A stretch of 38,489 nucleotides of DNA, from assembly GCA_007128045.1 (NCBI GenBank), contig SKYG01000294.1, forward strand, positions 1 to 38,489, written 5' to 3'. Made by a program: the position numbers and the translations under genes. This DNA comes from Bacteroidales bacterium. Its GTDB lineage: Bacteria; Bacteroidota; Bacteroidia; Bacteroidales; UBA7960. Position 1 is the first letter of the stretch. Every line of letters starts with the position of its first letter. The notes beneath the pieces were generated by a model, which made no database searches, had not been told where the DNA came from, and saw nothing but the letters and a program-made list of their open reading frames with translations. This document shows positions 27,981 to 36,259 of this stretch, piece after piece.

Positions 27981-28057
27981 ACGATTCAAAGTCATCGACA
28001 GTCTATAGAAATACCCATGACCAATGTCAACAAACAAATCTTTACGTGGTAAATTGT

Positions 28058-28212
28058 CTCGGCGTGACTTTACGCATCACTCGGCGTGACTCTGCGGTTA
28101 AAAAACCATGAGCCAGCGCCCTCTGCGAATAACTCGGCGTGACTCTGCGGTTAAAAAACCATGAGCCAGCGCCCTCTGCGAATAACTCCGCGGCACTCTG
28201 CGGTTAAAGTAA
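28058..28212. repeat. 53-nt tandem repeat: two identical full copies (28080-28132, 28133-28185), a 22-nt partial copy before and a diverged partial copy after
   Basis: Read directly. The unit is CTCGGCGTGACTCTGCGGTTAAAAAACCATGAGCCAGCGCCCTCTGCGAATAA. Confidence 0.9.
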
Positions 28213-28218
28213 CCTGGT

Positions 28219-28298
28219 AACCCGAAGCGAAGCGAAGATCCCGATTTATCAGGACGGCAACTTCGTAACTTTGTAAACTCACAACCCGTAACTCGCGT
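28219..28298. repeat. REP-like module: CCCGAAGCGAAGCGAAGATCCCGATTTATCAGGA...CTTCG, then ACTCACAACCCGTAACTCGCG
   Basis: Read directly. It shares CGAAGATCCCGATT..T.CAG.A...CTTCG with 24001-24028, and the AACCCGTAACTC word family with 8539-8562, 11814-11840 and 24037-24062. Confidence 0.8.
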
Positions 28299-28312
28299 TC
28301 AGCAGACCGAAA

Positions 28313-30112
28313 CTAGCTATCCTTCTGTTGCTGATACAGAAACCGTTTGATTTTTTTCGTGGGGGTCTTTTCGAAGGGTTCATCCTGTTCTTCAACAATG
28401 GCAACCTTTGAGAACCTATTCAGCCGTTCATTTACCCTCTGTTTGATTTCATTAAGACGATCAAACACCTTTTGCCGCGACTCTTCATACATTTGTTCTG
28501 CCGAGTCCTTCATGTCTTGATAGCTTTGGCCGGCTGATTCCCTGATCTCCTGATAGCTCTGGCCAGCCGACTCCTTAAATTCCTGATAACTTTTCTCTGC
28601 CTTGGTTTTCAGTTCATGGTAGCGCTGGTCTATATCTTCGTAATTCAGGTGTATTCTGGCCACCAGCTTGCCCTTAATTTCATATACCAATGATTCAAGA
28701 ACCTGATGTTCACTATTGATAACAGCCTCAATATCTTCGGGATAAATATTCTCCCCGGAGGCACTGATGATAATATTTTTCAGGCGGCCTTTGATAAACA
28801 GATAGCCGTCCTCATCAAAATTTCCGAGATCACCTGTTTTAAACCACCCATCATCAGTAAACACTTCTTGTGTAAGTTCAGGCTCTTTGTAATAACCAAT
28901 CATCACGTTGGGGCCTCTGGCAATGATCTCCCCTTCACCTGTTTGCGGGTCAGGGTTCAGGATTTTTATCTCCTGGTTGGGGAGGTTAAAACCGGTAGAA
29001 CGATATTTAGTAATTTTAGGACCGCATCCGGCAAGAAGCGGTGAGGTTTCTGTCAATCCATAACCTATGGCATAAGGAAACCCTGCGTCCCTTAAAAACA
29101 ATTCAGTGGCAGCGTCAAGCTTGGCACCACCAATGCCAAAGAAATGCAACTTGCCTCCAAAAGCTTTGTAAATCTTTTTACCAGCCATCTTATGAAAGAA
29201 CTTACGGGCTGGCTTGAATTTGCCCAGTGTTCTCATTACAGGACTTCCTGTGAGCTTGGGTAATACCCTGTTCTGATATACCTTTTCGATGATTAACGGA
29301 ACCGTAAGCATCATGGTGGGCTTTACCTTCTCCATGGCGGGGAGCAGAACAGCAGGTGTAGGCAGCTTGTCCAGGTAATATACCGAAGCTCCTGTCATAA
29401 AAGGGATCAGAAAGCCAATGGTGCACTCATAGGTGTGAGGCAAAGGCAGCACGGACAACAGCCTGTCTTCTACAGAAACAATTTGAATGCCGAGGGTGTT
29501 AACTGCATTGGAGAGTAGATTCCGGTGACTAAGCATCACCCCTTTGGGCGTGCCGGTAGTGCCTGAAGTATACAGAATTGCCGCGAGGTCTTCTTCCTGG
29601 GGATATGTAGCAGCATCTCTAACAGCAGCTTTGGCAGTTGGTTTTTGTCTGCTGGCAGGTGAAATGGTGCCACTAAGTTCCAAACTGCCCAGGCTGATTT
29701 CGCTCAGATCATCAAGCAGGATGGCTGCCTGAAGGGTTTCGGGCAGTTCCTGACGGATCTTATCTGCCTGTTTTTCACTTATGATGATGGTTTTTGCTTC
29801 GCTATGTGCAAGAATCTTAACAACCTCTGGAGTACTGAAATCAGTCAGTATAGGAACTATAACGGCTCCCATAGCAGTTACTGCAAGATAGGCAACCCCC
29901 CAGTTGGGCATATTCTGACTGAGCAGGGCAACACGATCTCCGTGTTGAACTCCTTGAGCCACTAAGAGTGACTGTAAGCTCTCTATCAACAATTTAACAT
30001 CGCCATATGTCAGGGGTTCTTTACCGACAAACGACAAGGCAGGTCTGTCAGCATACAACTCCACGCTGTTTTCAAGCAGGGCGTGAAATGTGAGATGTTT
30101 AGGGATGTTCAT
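28313..30112 (-). CDS. long-chain acyl-CoA ligase (AMP-forming, ANL superfamily)
   Basis: ILYTSGTTGTPKGVMLSHRNL AMP-binding motif, YGLTETSP and GWFKTGDLG. I start at the ATG at 30112 (MNIPKHLTF...) rather than the TTG at 30133. The C-terminal domain carries an 11-aa tandem repeat insertion. Confidence 0.85.
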   Translation of the reverse strand: MNIPKHLTFHALLENSVELYADRPALSFVGKEPLTYGDVKLLIESLQSLLVAQGVQHGDRVALLSQNMPNWGVAYLAVTAMGAVIVPILTDFSTPEVVKILAHSEAKTIIISEKQADKIRQELPETLQAAILLDDLSEISLGSLELSGTISPASRQKPTAKAAVRDAATYPQEEDLAAILYTSGTTGTPKGVMLSHRNLLSNAVNTLGIQIVSVEDRLLSVLPLPHTYECTIGFLIPFMTGASVYYLDKLPTPAVLLPAMEKVKPTMMLTVPLIIEKVYQNRVLPKLTGSPVMRTLGKFKPARKFFHKMAGKKIYKAFGGKLHFFGIGGAKLDAATELFLRDAGFPYAIGYGLTETSPLLAGCGPKITKYRSTGFNLPNQEIKILNPDPQTGEGEIIARGPNVMIGYYKEPELTQEVFTDDGWFKTGDLGNFDEDGYLFIKGRLKNIIISASGENIYPEDIEAVINSEHQVLESLVYEIKGKLVARIHLNYEDIDQRYHELKTKAEKSYQEFKESAGQSYQEIRESAGQSYQDMKDSAEQMYEESRQKVFDRLNEIKQRVNERLNRFSKVAIVEEQDEPFEKTPTKKIKRFLYQQQKDS

Positions 30113-30220
30113 GCTATACCTATTTGGGTACAAAGGTACGCTTTTTTAAGGGCTTTGCACTCACAAATAAATATAAACGAGCGTATAAGATTGTCTTACT
30201 GTGTTTCCCTGGATACTCCC

Positions 30221-32422
30221 TTATAATATTGAATAGGCTACCGCCAATCCTACGGTAACTACTGAGGCCATGACCATCAGTTTTATCAGGATGTTAAGGC
30301 TTGGGCCGGAGGTATCTTTGAATGGGTCTCCTACGGTATCTCCGACAACGGCAGCTTTGTGGTTTTCGGAGCCTTTGCCGCCAAGGTGGCCTTCTTCGAT
30401 ATATTTCTTGGCATTATCCCATGCCCCGCCGGCGTTAGCCATGAATATGGCCAGGGCAAAACCGCTGGTAATGGTTCCTACCAGCAAGCCGGTAACACCT
30501 GCCACACCAAAAATTAGTCCGACCACTACAGGGATCAACAAGGCAACGAATGAAGGCAACATCATCTCTCTCTGGGCAGCCTTGGTGGATATGGCAACGC
30601 AGCGGGCATAATCAGGTTCTGCTGTACCCTCCATGATGCCGGCAATTTCACGGAATTGCCGTCTTACTTCATCGACCATTTTCTGTGCTGCCCTTCCAAC
30701 GGCATTCATGGTCATCCCACTAAAGAGAAAAACCGCCATGACACCCAGGAAAACGCCTACAATAACTTTTGGGTTCATCAGGTTGATCTCATAATGATAA
30801 ATGAAGTCGATAAATGTGGCATGCTGAGCCTGCACGGCACCTTCCTTCCCGTTAATAGCAAATTCAGGCATATTTAAGAATTCGACAAACATGATCTTCA
30901 CCTCTTCAATATAAGCGGCAAGTAATGCCAGAGCCGTCAGTGCTGCGCTTCCGATAGCGAACCCTTTGCCAGTAGCTGCGGTAGTATTTCCAAGGGCATC
31001 GAGGGCATCGGTACGTCGTCGCACTTCCGGACTAAGCTTACTCATCTCGGCATTTCCTCCGGCATTGTCGGCTATGGGTCCATAGGCATCAGTAGCCAGG
31101 GTAATCCCTAAAGTAGAAAGCATCCCGACGGCGGCGATACCGATCCCATACAGTCCATAGCTCAGGCCTGACACATGAAAAGAAAAGCCCGTGGCAAACA
31201 GATAAGACATGGTAATGGCTACGGCAATAATGGTAAGCGGTATAGATGCGGATATCAGTCCTGTTCCAATACCATTGATAATCACTGTTGCCGGGCCGGT
31301 AGTGCTGGCTTCGGCAATTTTTCGTGTGGGAAAGTAGGAGGAGGCTGTAAAAAACTCCGTGCTCTGGCCGATGGCTATACCAGCAAGAAGACCTGTCAGT
31401 ATCGAGCCCCATATTCCTATATAGTTGGGAATATTCAACAGGTACAGGATGGCCAATGAGAACACCACGATAAGTGCTGCGCTGAAGTTTACGCCAAGGC
31501 CCAGCGCCTTAAGTAGTTTTTTCTGGGATGCGCCCTCATCGGTTTTCACCAGATAGATGCCAATGATAGATAAGATGATGCCAACGGCTGCGATCAGCAT
31601 GGGGGCCATCACCACATTGATCGCTATGGCAGGCTGAGCAAGAAAGGCAGCAGCGCCAAGCGCAGCGGTGGCCAGTATGGAGCCACAGTAAGACTCATAC
31701 AGGTCGGCACCCATGCCAGCCACGTCACCCACATTATCACCCACATTATCCGCTATAGTAGCCGGATTTCGCGGGTCATCCTCAGGTATTCCGGCCTCTA
31801 TCTTTCCGACAAGGTCTGCCCCTACATCAGCAGCTTTGGTGAATATTCCCCCGCCAACACGTGCAAACAGGGCCTGTGTTGAGGCTCCCATCCCGAATGT
31901 CAGCATCGTAGTAGTAATGATCAGGAGATTATGTGTGCTTTCAGCTGCCGGGTATACCAGGTTCAACACAATAAACCAGGCTGAGATATCAAGAAGTCCT
32001 AAGCCAACAACAACAAGACCCATTACAGCACCACTACGGAAAGATACCTTCAGTCCCTCGTTCAACGAAACGCTGGCTGCCATAGCTGCGCGTGCTGAAG
32101 CATAGGTCGCCGTCTTCATCCCAATAAAACCAGCCAATGCCGAGAAAAAACCACCGGTGAGAAACGCAAAAGGCACCCAGGGATTCTGTACACCAAGGCC
32201 ATATGCCATGAAACTGAATATCACTGTGATGGCCATAAACACAAGAAAAACTATTTTGTATTGCTGTCGCAAATAGGCTGCCGCTCCTTCCCGGACATGC
32301 AACGCAATTTTCCTCATCATAGCTGATCCTTCATCATAACCCAGCATTTGCTTAAAAAACACATACGCAAATACCAACGCCAGTATAGCACTGGCCGGTG
32401 CCAACCAAAATATAACAGGCAT
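30221..32422 (-). CDS. hppA: membrane-bound cation-translocating pyrophosphatase, K+-dependent type
   Basis: The 733-aa polytopic protein has IADNVGDNVGDVAGMGADLYESY and DALGNTTAATGKGFAIGSAAL. The Ala in GNTTAA is the K+-dependent signature. H+ versus Na+ specificity cannot be decided by eye. Confidence 0.93.
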   Translation of the reverse strand: MPVIFWLAPASAILALVFAYVFFKQMLGYDEGSAMMRKIALHVREGAAAYLRQQYKIVFLVFMAITVIFSFMAYGLGVQNPWVPFAFLTGGFFSALAGFIGMKTATYASARAAMAASVSLNEGLKVSFRSGAVMGLVVVGLGLLDISAWFIVLNLVYPAAESTHNLLIITTTMLTFGMGASTQALFARVGGGIFTKAADVGADLVGKIEAGIPEDDPRNPATIADNVGDNVGDVAGMGADLYESYCGSILATAALGAAAFLAQPAIAINVVMAPMLIAAVGIILSIIGIYLVKTDEGASQKKLLKALGLGVNFSAALIVVFSLAILYLLNIPNYIGIWGSILTGLLAGIAIGQSTEFFTASSYFPTRKIAEASTTGPATVIINGIGTGLISASIPLTIIAVAITMSYLFATGFSFHVSGLSYGLYGIGIAAVGMLSTLGITLATDAYGPIADNAGGNAEMSKLSPEVRRRTDALDALGNTTAATGKGFAIGSAALTALALLAAYIEEVKIMFVEFLNMPEFAINGKEGAVQAQHATFIDFIYHYEINLMNPKVIVGVFLGVMAVFLFSGMTMNAVGRAAQKMVDEVRRQFREIAGIMEGTAEPDYARCVAISTKAAQREMMLPSFVALLIPVVVGLIFGVAGVTGLLVGTITSGFALAIFMANAGGAWDNAKKYIEEGHLGGKGSENHKAAVVGDTVGDPFKDTSGPSLNILIKLMVMASVVTVGLAVAYSIL

Positions 32423-32426
32423 AATG

Positions 32427-32434
32427 ACCTCCTT
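32427..32434 (-). promoter_or_regulatory. strong Shine-Dalgarno-like AAGGAGGT 4 nt upstream of the hppA ATG
   Basis: The minus strand reads TTAAAATAAGGAGGTCATTATG. No other gene start in the window shows a comparable SD. Confidence 0.5.
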
Positions 32435-32457
32435 ATTTTAATAGATTAATGAATGAT

Positions 32458-32499
32458 GACCTTCGACCTTCGACCTTTGACATTCGGCTTTCGACATCT
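32458..32499. repeat. 6 tandem 7-nt units GACCTTC GACCTTC GACCTTT GACATTC GGCTTTC GACATCT
   Basis: Read directly. The array lies between the hppA start and its candidate promoter, so it would be in the 5' UTR, read as GTCGAAGGTC... on the mRNA. Confidence 0.9.
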
Positions 32500-32512
32500 C
32501 AACATATGGAAA

Positions 32513-32520
32513 CAAATTTA
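32513..32520 (-). promoter_or_regulatory. candidate -7 box (TAAATTTG on the minus strand) for hppA
   Basis: Matches TAnnTTTG about 90 nt upstream of the hppA ATG. Confidence 0.3.
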
Positions 32521-32610
32521 TTAATTTATTTGGATTGACCACATACATAAAACTTAAAAATCAGTCGCTTTAAAACAGAGACCAGGCATGCTGTTGTAAA
32601 AAATTTATGT

Positions 32611-32618
32611 TATTTTTG
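32611..32618 (+). promoter_or_regulatory. candidate -7 box TATTTTTG for the BFN nuclease / CNT transporter genes
   Basis: Matches TAnnTTTG about 57 nt upstream of the ATG at 32676. Confidence 0.35.
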
Positions 32619-32675
32619 TGACTGCTTCATAAAGCCAGGTGTTGAAAGATAGAAACTATCGAAACGATTGTCAAG

Positions 32676-33266
32676 ATGAAGAAAATCAAACTGGAGATAT
32701 TGGGAATTTCTTACAGTCAGTCGCAATCCGGCGCATATGCCCTGATACTGGGAGAGGCAGGAAAAAAACGCAGACTTCCGATCATTATCGGAAGCTTCGA
32801 GGCACAGGCTATAGCCATCGAACTGGAGAAGATGAAGCCCAGCAGACCTTTAACCCATGATCTGTTTAAAAATTTCGCCACCACGTTTAATATCGGCATC
32901 AAGGAAGTCATCATCTATAAATTCAGTGAGGGCATCTTTTTTGCCAAGCTGATTTGTTTCGATGGTGTCAAAGAAATGGAGATAGATTCAAGAACATCTG
33001 ATGCGGTAGCCATCGCAGTGCGTTTTAAGTGCCCCATTTATACTTATGAGTCCATACTTAAAGCGGCAGGTATAGTTTTGCAGGATGAGAACGAGCCGCT
33101 CGACCCGGAAACCATATCGGAGGAGCCTGAAGAAAAAGAAGGAGCCTATGCATCATTTACCCTTGGTGAGCTGGAGGCCATGCTACTTGCTGCCATAGAC
33201 GAAGAAGCATATGAAAAAGCATCCCGGATCCGGGATGAAATCAATATCCGGAAAAAAAAGAAATAA
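32676..33266 (+). CDS. bifunctional nuclease family protein (BFN/DUF151 domain) with C-terminal UVR motif
   Basis: GISYSQSQSGAYALILGE...RLPIIIGSFEAQAIAIELE...RPLTHDL is the BFN-domain pattern. The C-terminus EEAYEKASRIRDEI resembles a UvrB/UvrC motif. Confidence 0.75.
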   Translation: MKKIKLEILGISYSQSQSGAYALILGEAGKKRRLPIIIGSFEAQAIAIELEKMKPSRPLTHDLFKNFATTFNIGIKEVIIYKFSEGIFFAKLICFDGVKEMEIDSRTSDAVAIAVRFKCPIYTYESILKAAGIVLQDENEPLDPETISEEPEEKEGAYASFTLGELEAMLLAAIDEEAYEKASRIRDEINIRKKKK

Positions 33267-33277
33267 TCCCCAACAAC

Positions 33278-34774
33278 ATGGTGCTACTTAATCGATTGTT
33301 ATGGGTTGTGTGTCTTTTGGTCATACCCATTATGTTGCACGCAACCCAGGCTGACAGCCTGCAGGATCCTGCCATATTTAACAACATAGCAGAACCAGAG
33401 TTAAGCCAGGATGTTGGGTTGCAAGCTGAACCGGTTAACGTGGTTGACCATGAGGCAATTGAAGTACCTATTAAACCCGGACTTTCTGCAAGAAATCTTT
33501 TCAGAGGCTTGCTGGGTATGATCTCATTGATTGTTATTGCCTGGTTGTTCAGCACCAACCGCAGGGCTATCTCCTGGAAGGTGGTGGGTATTGGGCTTGG
33601 ACTACAACTATTGCTGGCATTCAGCATATTGCAGGTTCCTCCGGTACAATACTTTTTCGAAATGATTGGAAAGATCTTTGTGGTGATCCTGGACTTCACA
33701 AAGGCCGGTTCAGAATTTCTCTTTGCCGGCTTTTTAGATATCGAAACGTATGGTTTTATTTTTGCTTTTCAGGTTTTGCCTACGATCATCTTTTTTTCAG
33801 CGCTCACAAGCTTATTGTTTTACCTGGGTATCATACAAAAAATCGTTTATGCACTGGCCTGGGCCATGACCAAAGCCATGCGGCTGTCGGGTGCAGAGAG
33901 TTTATCTGTAGCAGGAAATATCTTCCTCGGCCAAACAGAATCACCCCTGATGATCAAGGCATACCTGGCCAATATGAACAGGTCGGAGATCTTGCTGGTC
34001 ATGACCGGAGGTATGGCCACCATGGCGGGAGGTGTGTTGGCAGCCTATATCAGTTTTCTGGGCGGCGACGATCCTGTTCAGCGACTGATCTTTGCCAAAC
34101 ACCTGTTGGCGGCATCCATCATGGCAGCGCCAGGCGCTGTGGTCATAGCCAAAATTCTTGTACCGCAGACCGAGTCTGTAGATAAAACCATGGAAATAAG
34201 CAAAGATCGTATCGGCAATAACATTCTGGATGCCATCTCCAATGGGACAACCGAAGGCCTTAAGCTGGCCGCCAATGTGGCCGCCATGCTTTTAGTTTTT
34301 ATTGCTTTCATTGCCATGTTCAATTTTATCGTGGGAAAGATCGGATTGTATACCAACCTGAATGCCACCATAGCAGAAATGACCAATGGTCAGTATTCGC
34401 AGCTGTCGCTACAATTTATTCTCGGATACACATTTGCCCCTCTGATGTGGCTGATAGGCATCAGCCTGCCTGACATCACCCTCGCGGGGCGTCTGTTGGG
34501 TGAAAAGGTGATCATGACAGAGTTTATCGCCTATGTAAGCCTTGCAGAGCTCAAAGAAGCAGGCGCCTTTTCCGACCCAAAATCTATTATCATGGCTACC
34601 TACATGCTATGCGGGTTTGCCAATTTTGCCAGTATAGGTATTCAAATTGGAGGGATCGGCTCCCTGGCACCTAACAAGCGTGTGCTTCTCTCGCAATATG
34701 GCATGCGTGCCCTGCTGGGAGGCACCCTGGCCGCCCTCATGAGTGCTACCATTGTCGGGATCATCCTGGGATAA
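33278..34774 (+). CDS. concentrative nucleoside transporter (NupC/CNT family) with an N-terminal extension
   Basis: GNIFLGQTESPLMIKAYL, MTGGMATMAGGVLAAYI and LCGFANFASIGIQIGGIG match CNT signature regions. About 80 extra N-terminal residues include a signal-like segment. Confidence 0.85.
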   Translation: MVLLNRLLWVVCLLVIPIMLHATQADSLQDPAIFNNIAEPELSQDVGLQAEPVNVVDHEAIEVPIKPGLSARNLFRGLLGMISLIVIAWLFSTNRRAISWKVVGIGLGLQLLLAFSILQVPPVQYFFEMIGKIFVVILDFTKAGSEFLFAGFLDIETYGFIFAFQVLPTIIFFSALTSLLFYLGIIQKIVYALAWAMTKAMRLSGAESLSVAGNIFLGQTESPLMIKAYLANMNRSEILLVMTGGMATMAGGVLAAYISFLGGDDPVQRLIFAKHLLAASIMAAPGAVVIAKILVPQTESVDKTMEISKDRIGNNILDAISNGTTEGLKLAANVAAMLLVFIAFIAMFNFIVGKIGLYTNLNATIAEMTNGQYSQLSLQFILGYTFAPLMWLIGISLPDITLAGRLLGEKVIMTEFIAYVSLAELKEAGAFSDPKSIIMATYMLCGFANFASIGIQIGGIGSLAPNKRVLLSQYGMRALLGGTLAALMSATIVGIILG

Positions 34775-34808
34775 AGCCATAAACTTTGGTTTTCTTTCAT
34801 GTTTCGAT

Positions 34809-34816
34809 TACTTTTG
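34809..34816 (+). promoter_or_regulatory. candidate -7 box TACTTTTG for thyA
   Basis: Matches TAnnTTTG about 40 nt upstream of the ATG at 34856. Confidence 0.4.
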
Positions 34817-34855
34817 AATTAAGTAAGTGCATCAACAATACCTCATTATAATTCC

Positions 34856-35647
34856 ATGCAGCAATACCATCAGTTAATGGCTCATGTGCTTGAGCACGGC
34901 ACCCGGAAAGATGATCGCACCGGCACAGGTACCATCAGCGTTTTTGGCTATCAGATGCGATTCGCCCTCGACAAAGGCTTTCCGCTCGTAACCACCAAAA
35001 AGCTTCATCTCAGATCCATCATACATGAACTCCTGTGGTTTCTCATAGGGAATACCAACATTGCGTATCTGAAAGAAAACGGGGTAAGCATCTGGGACGA
35101 ATGGGCCGATGAACATGGTGATCTTGGCCCGGTGTACGGTGCACAGTGGCGTAGCTGGCAAAGTGCTGCCGGCCCCATCGATCAAATAAGTCAATTGATA
35201 AAACAGATAAAAACCAACCCTGACTCGCGGCGACATATGGTGAGTGCCTGGAATGTCGGCGAGATTGAGAAGATGGCATTACCACCATGCCACATCCTGT
35301 TTCAGTTCTATGTAGCAAACGGAAAGCTCTCTTGCCAGCTATACCAGCGCAGTGCAGATATATTCCTTGGCGTACCCTTTAATATAGCTTCTTACGCATT
35401 GTTTACCATGATGATAGCACAGGTCTGCGACCTTCAACCCGGCGATTTTGTCCATACCTTTGGTGATGCCCACCTGTATTTGAATCATCTGGATCAGGCC
35501 CGCTTACAATTAAGCCGCGAGCCAAAACAGCTTCCAGTCATGCATCTTAATCCCACAATAAAAAACATATTTGATTTCCGGTATGAAGATTTTACACTTG
35601 AGGGTTACGAGCCACACCCCCATATAAAAGCGCCTGTGGCGGTGTAG
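34856..35647 (+). CDS. thyA: thymidylate synthase (ThyA type)
   Basis: [17 protein letters not shown] and [13 protein letters not shown] (catalytic Cys), with C-terminus ...APVAV; 263 aa. Confidence 0.97.
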   Translation: MQQYHQLMAHVLEHGTRKDDRTGTGTISVFGYQMRFALDKGFPLVTTKKLHLRSIIHELLWFLIGNTNIAYLKENGVSIWDEWADEHGDLGPVYGAQWRSWQSAAGPIDQISQLIKQIKTNPDSRRHMVSAWNVGEIEKMALPPCHILFQFYVANGKLSCQLYQRSADIFLGVPFNIASYALFTMMIAQVCDLQPGDFVHTFGDAHLYLNHLDQARLQLSREPKQLPVMHLNPTIKNIFDFRYEDFTLEGYEPHPHIKAPVAV

Positions 35648-35654
35648 AAATAAG

Positions 35655-35741
35655 GTCGAAAAGTCAAAAGATCGAAAGGTCGGAAGGTCGGAACCCTTTT
35701 TGACTTTTCGACATTCAGACATTCAGACATTCAGACAATTT
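35655..35741. repeat. composite spacer: GTCGAAAA GTCAAAAG ATCGAAAG GTCGGAAG GTCGGAAC, then CCTTTTTGACTTTTC (inverted arm), then GACATTCA x3, GACAATTT
   Basis: Read directly. It fills the 101-nt thyA-folA gap. Positions 35655-35670 and 35696-35712 form a ~16-bp inverted repeat with one bulge. Confidence 0.92.
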
Positions 35742-35748
35742 TAAACAT

Positions 35749-36252
35749 ATGAAACTATTTCTGATTGCGGCTGCAGCCAATAACAATGTAATAGGCAATA
35801 ACAATCAGTTGATCTGGCATATGCCGGCTGATTTGAAGCACTTCAAGGATCTCACCATGGGGCACACCCTGATCATGGGCAGGAAGACATTTGAATCGCT
35901 GGGTACTCCTTTGAAAGGCCGGACTACCATCGTATTAAGCAGGAAAAAGGATTACGATGCGAAGGGGTGCCAGGTGGCACATGACCTTTCTGACGCATTG
36001 AAGTTGGTAAAGGGAGAAAAAGAAGTCTTCATTGCGGGAGGCTCTCAGATTTATGATCAGTCGATGAATTTACATCAATCACGCCGTATTTATCTTACCA
36101 GGATATTTGCCAGTTTCGATGGTGATGCTTATTTCCCTGAGATTGATCCCGCTCAATGGGAGCTTATTGAGCGAACAGACCACCAACCTGATGAAAAGAA
36201 CAAGTATGCCTACTCATTCCAGACGTACAAGAGGCGTCTAAGGTGTAAATAG
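35749..36252 (+). CDS. folA: dihydrofolate reductase
   Basis: LIAAAANNNVIGNNNQLIWHMPADLKHFKDLTMGHTLIMGRKTFESLG is the type-I DHFR pattern; 167 aa. Confidence 0.93.
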   Translation: MKLFLIAAAANNNVIGNNNQLIWHMPADLKHFKDLTMGHTLIMGRKTFESLGTPLKGRTTIVLSRKKDYDAKGCQVAHDLSDALKLVKGEKEVFIAGGSQIYDQSMNLHQSRRIYLTRIFASFDGDAYFPEIDPAQWELIERTDHQPDEKNKYAYSFQTYKRRLRCK

Positions 36253-36259
36253 ATGACTA

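Noticed and set aside
27508-28037. Track ORFs 27508..27954(-) and 27816..28037(-), encoding RPSDLRPSTFRPSTF... and FDLRPFDLRPSDF...
   Set aside because: They are translations of the GTC(N)GAAG tandem array, giving perfectly periodic low-complexity peptides. The first also overlaps the gcvP 3' end antisense. There is no independent coding signal.
28058-28212. Possible CRISPR array, suggested by direct repeats in a long non-coding region
   Set aside because: The 53-nt units are directly contiguous with no unique spacers. There are only about 2.5 copies, and no cas genes or leader are present in the window. This is a plain tandem duplication.
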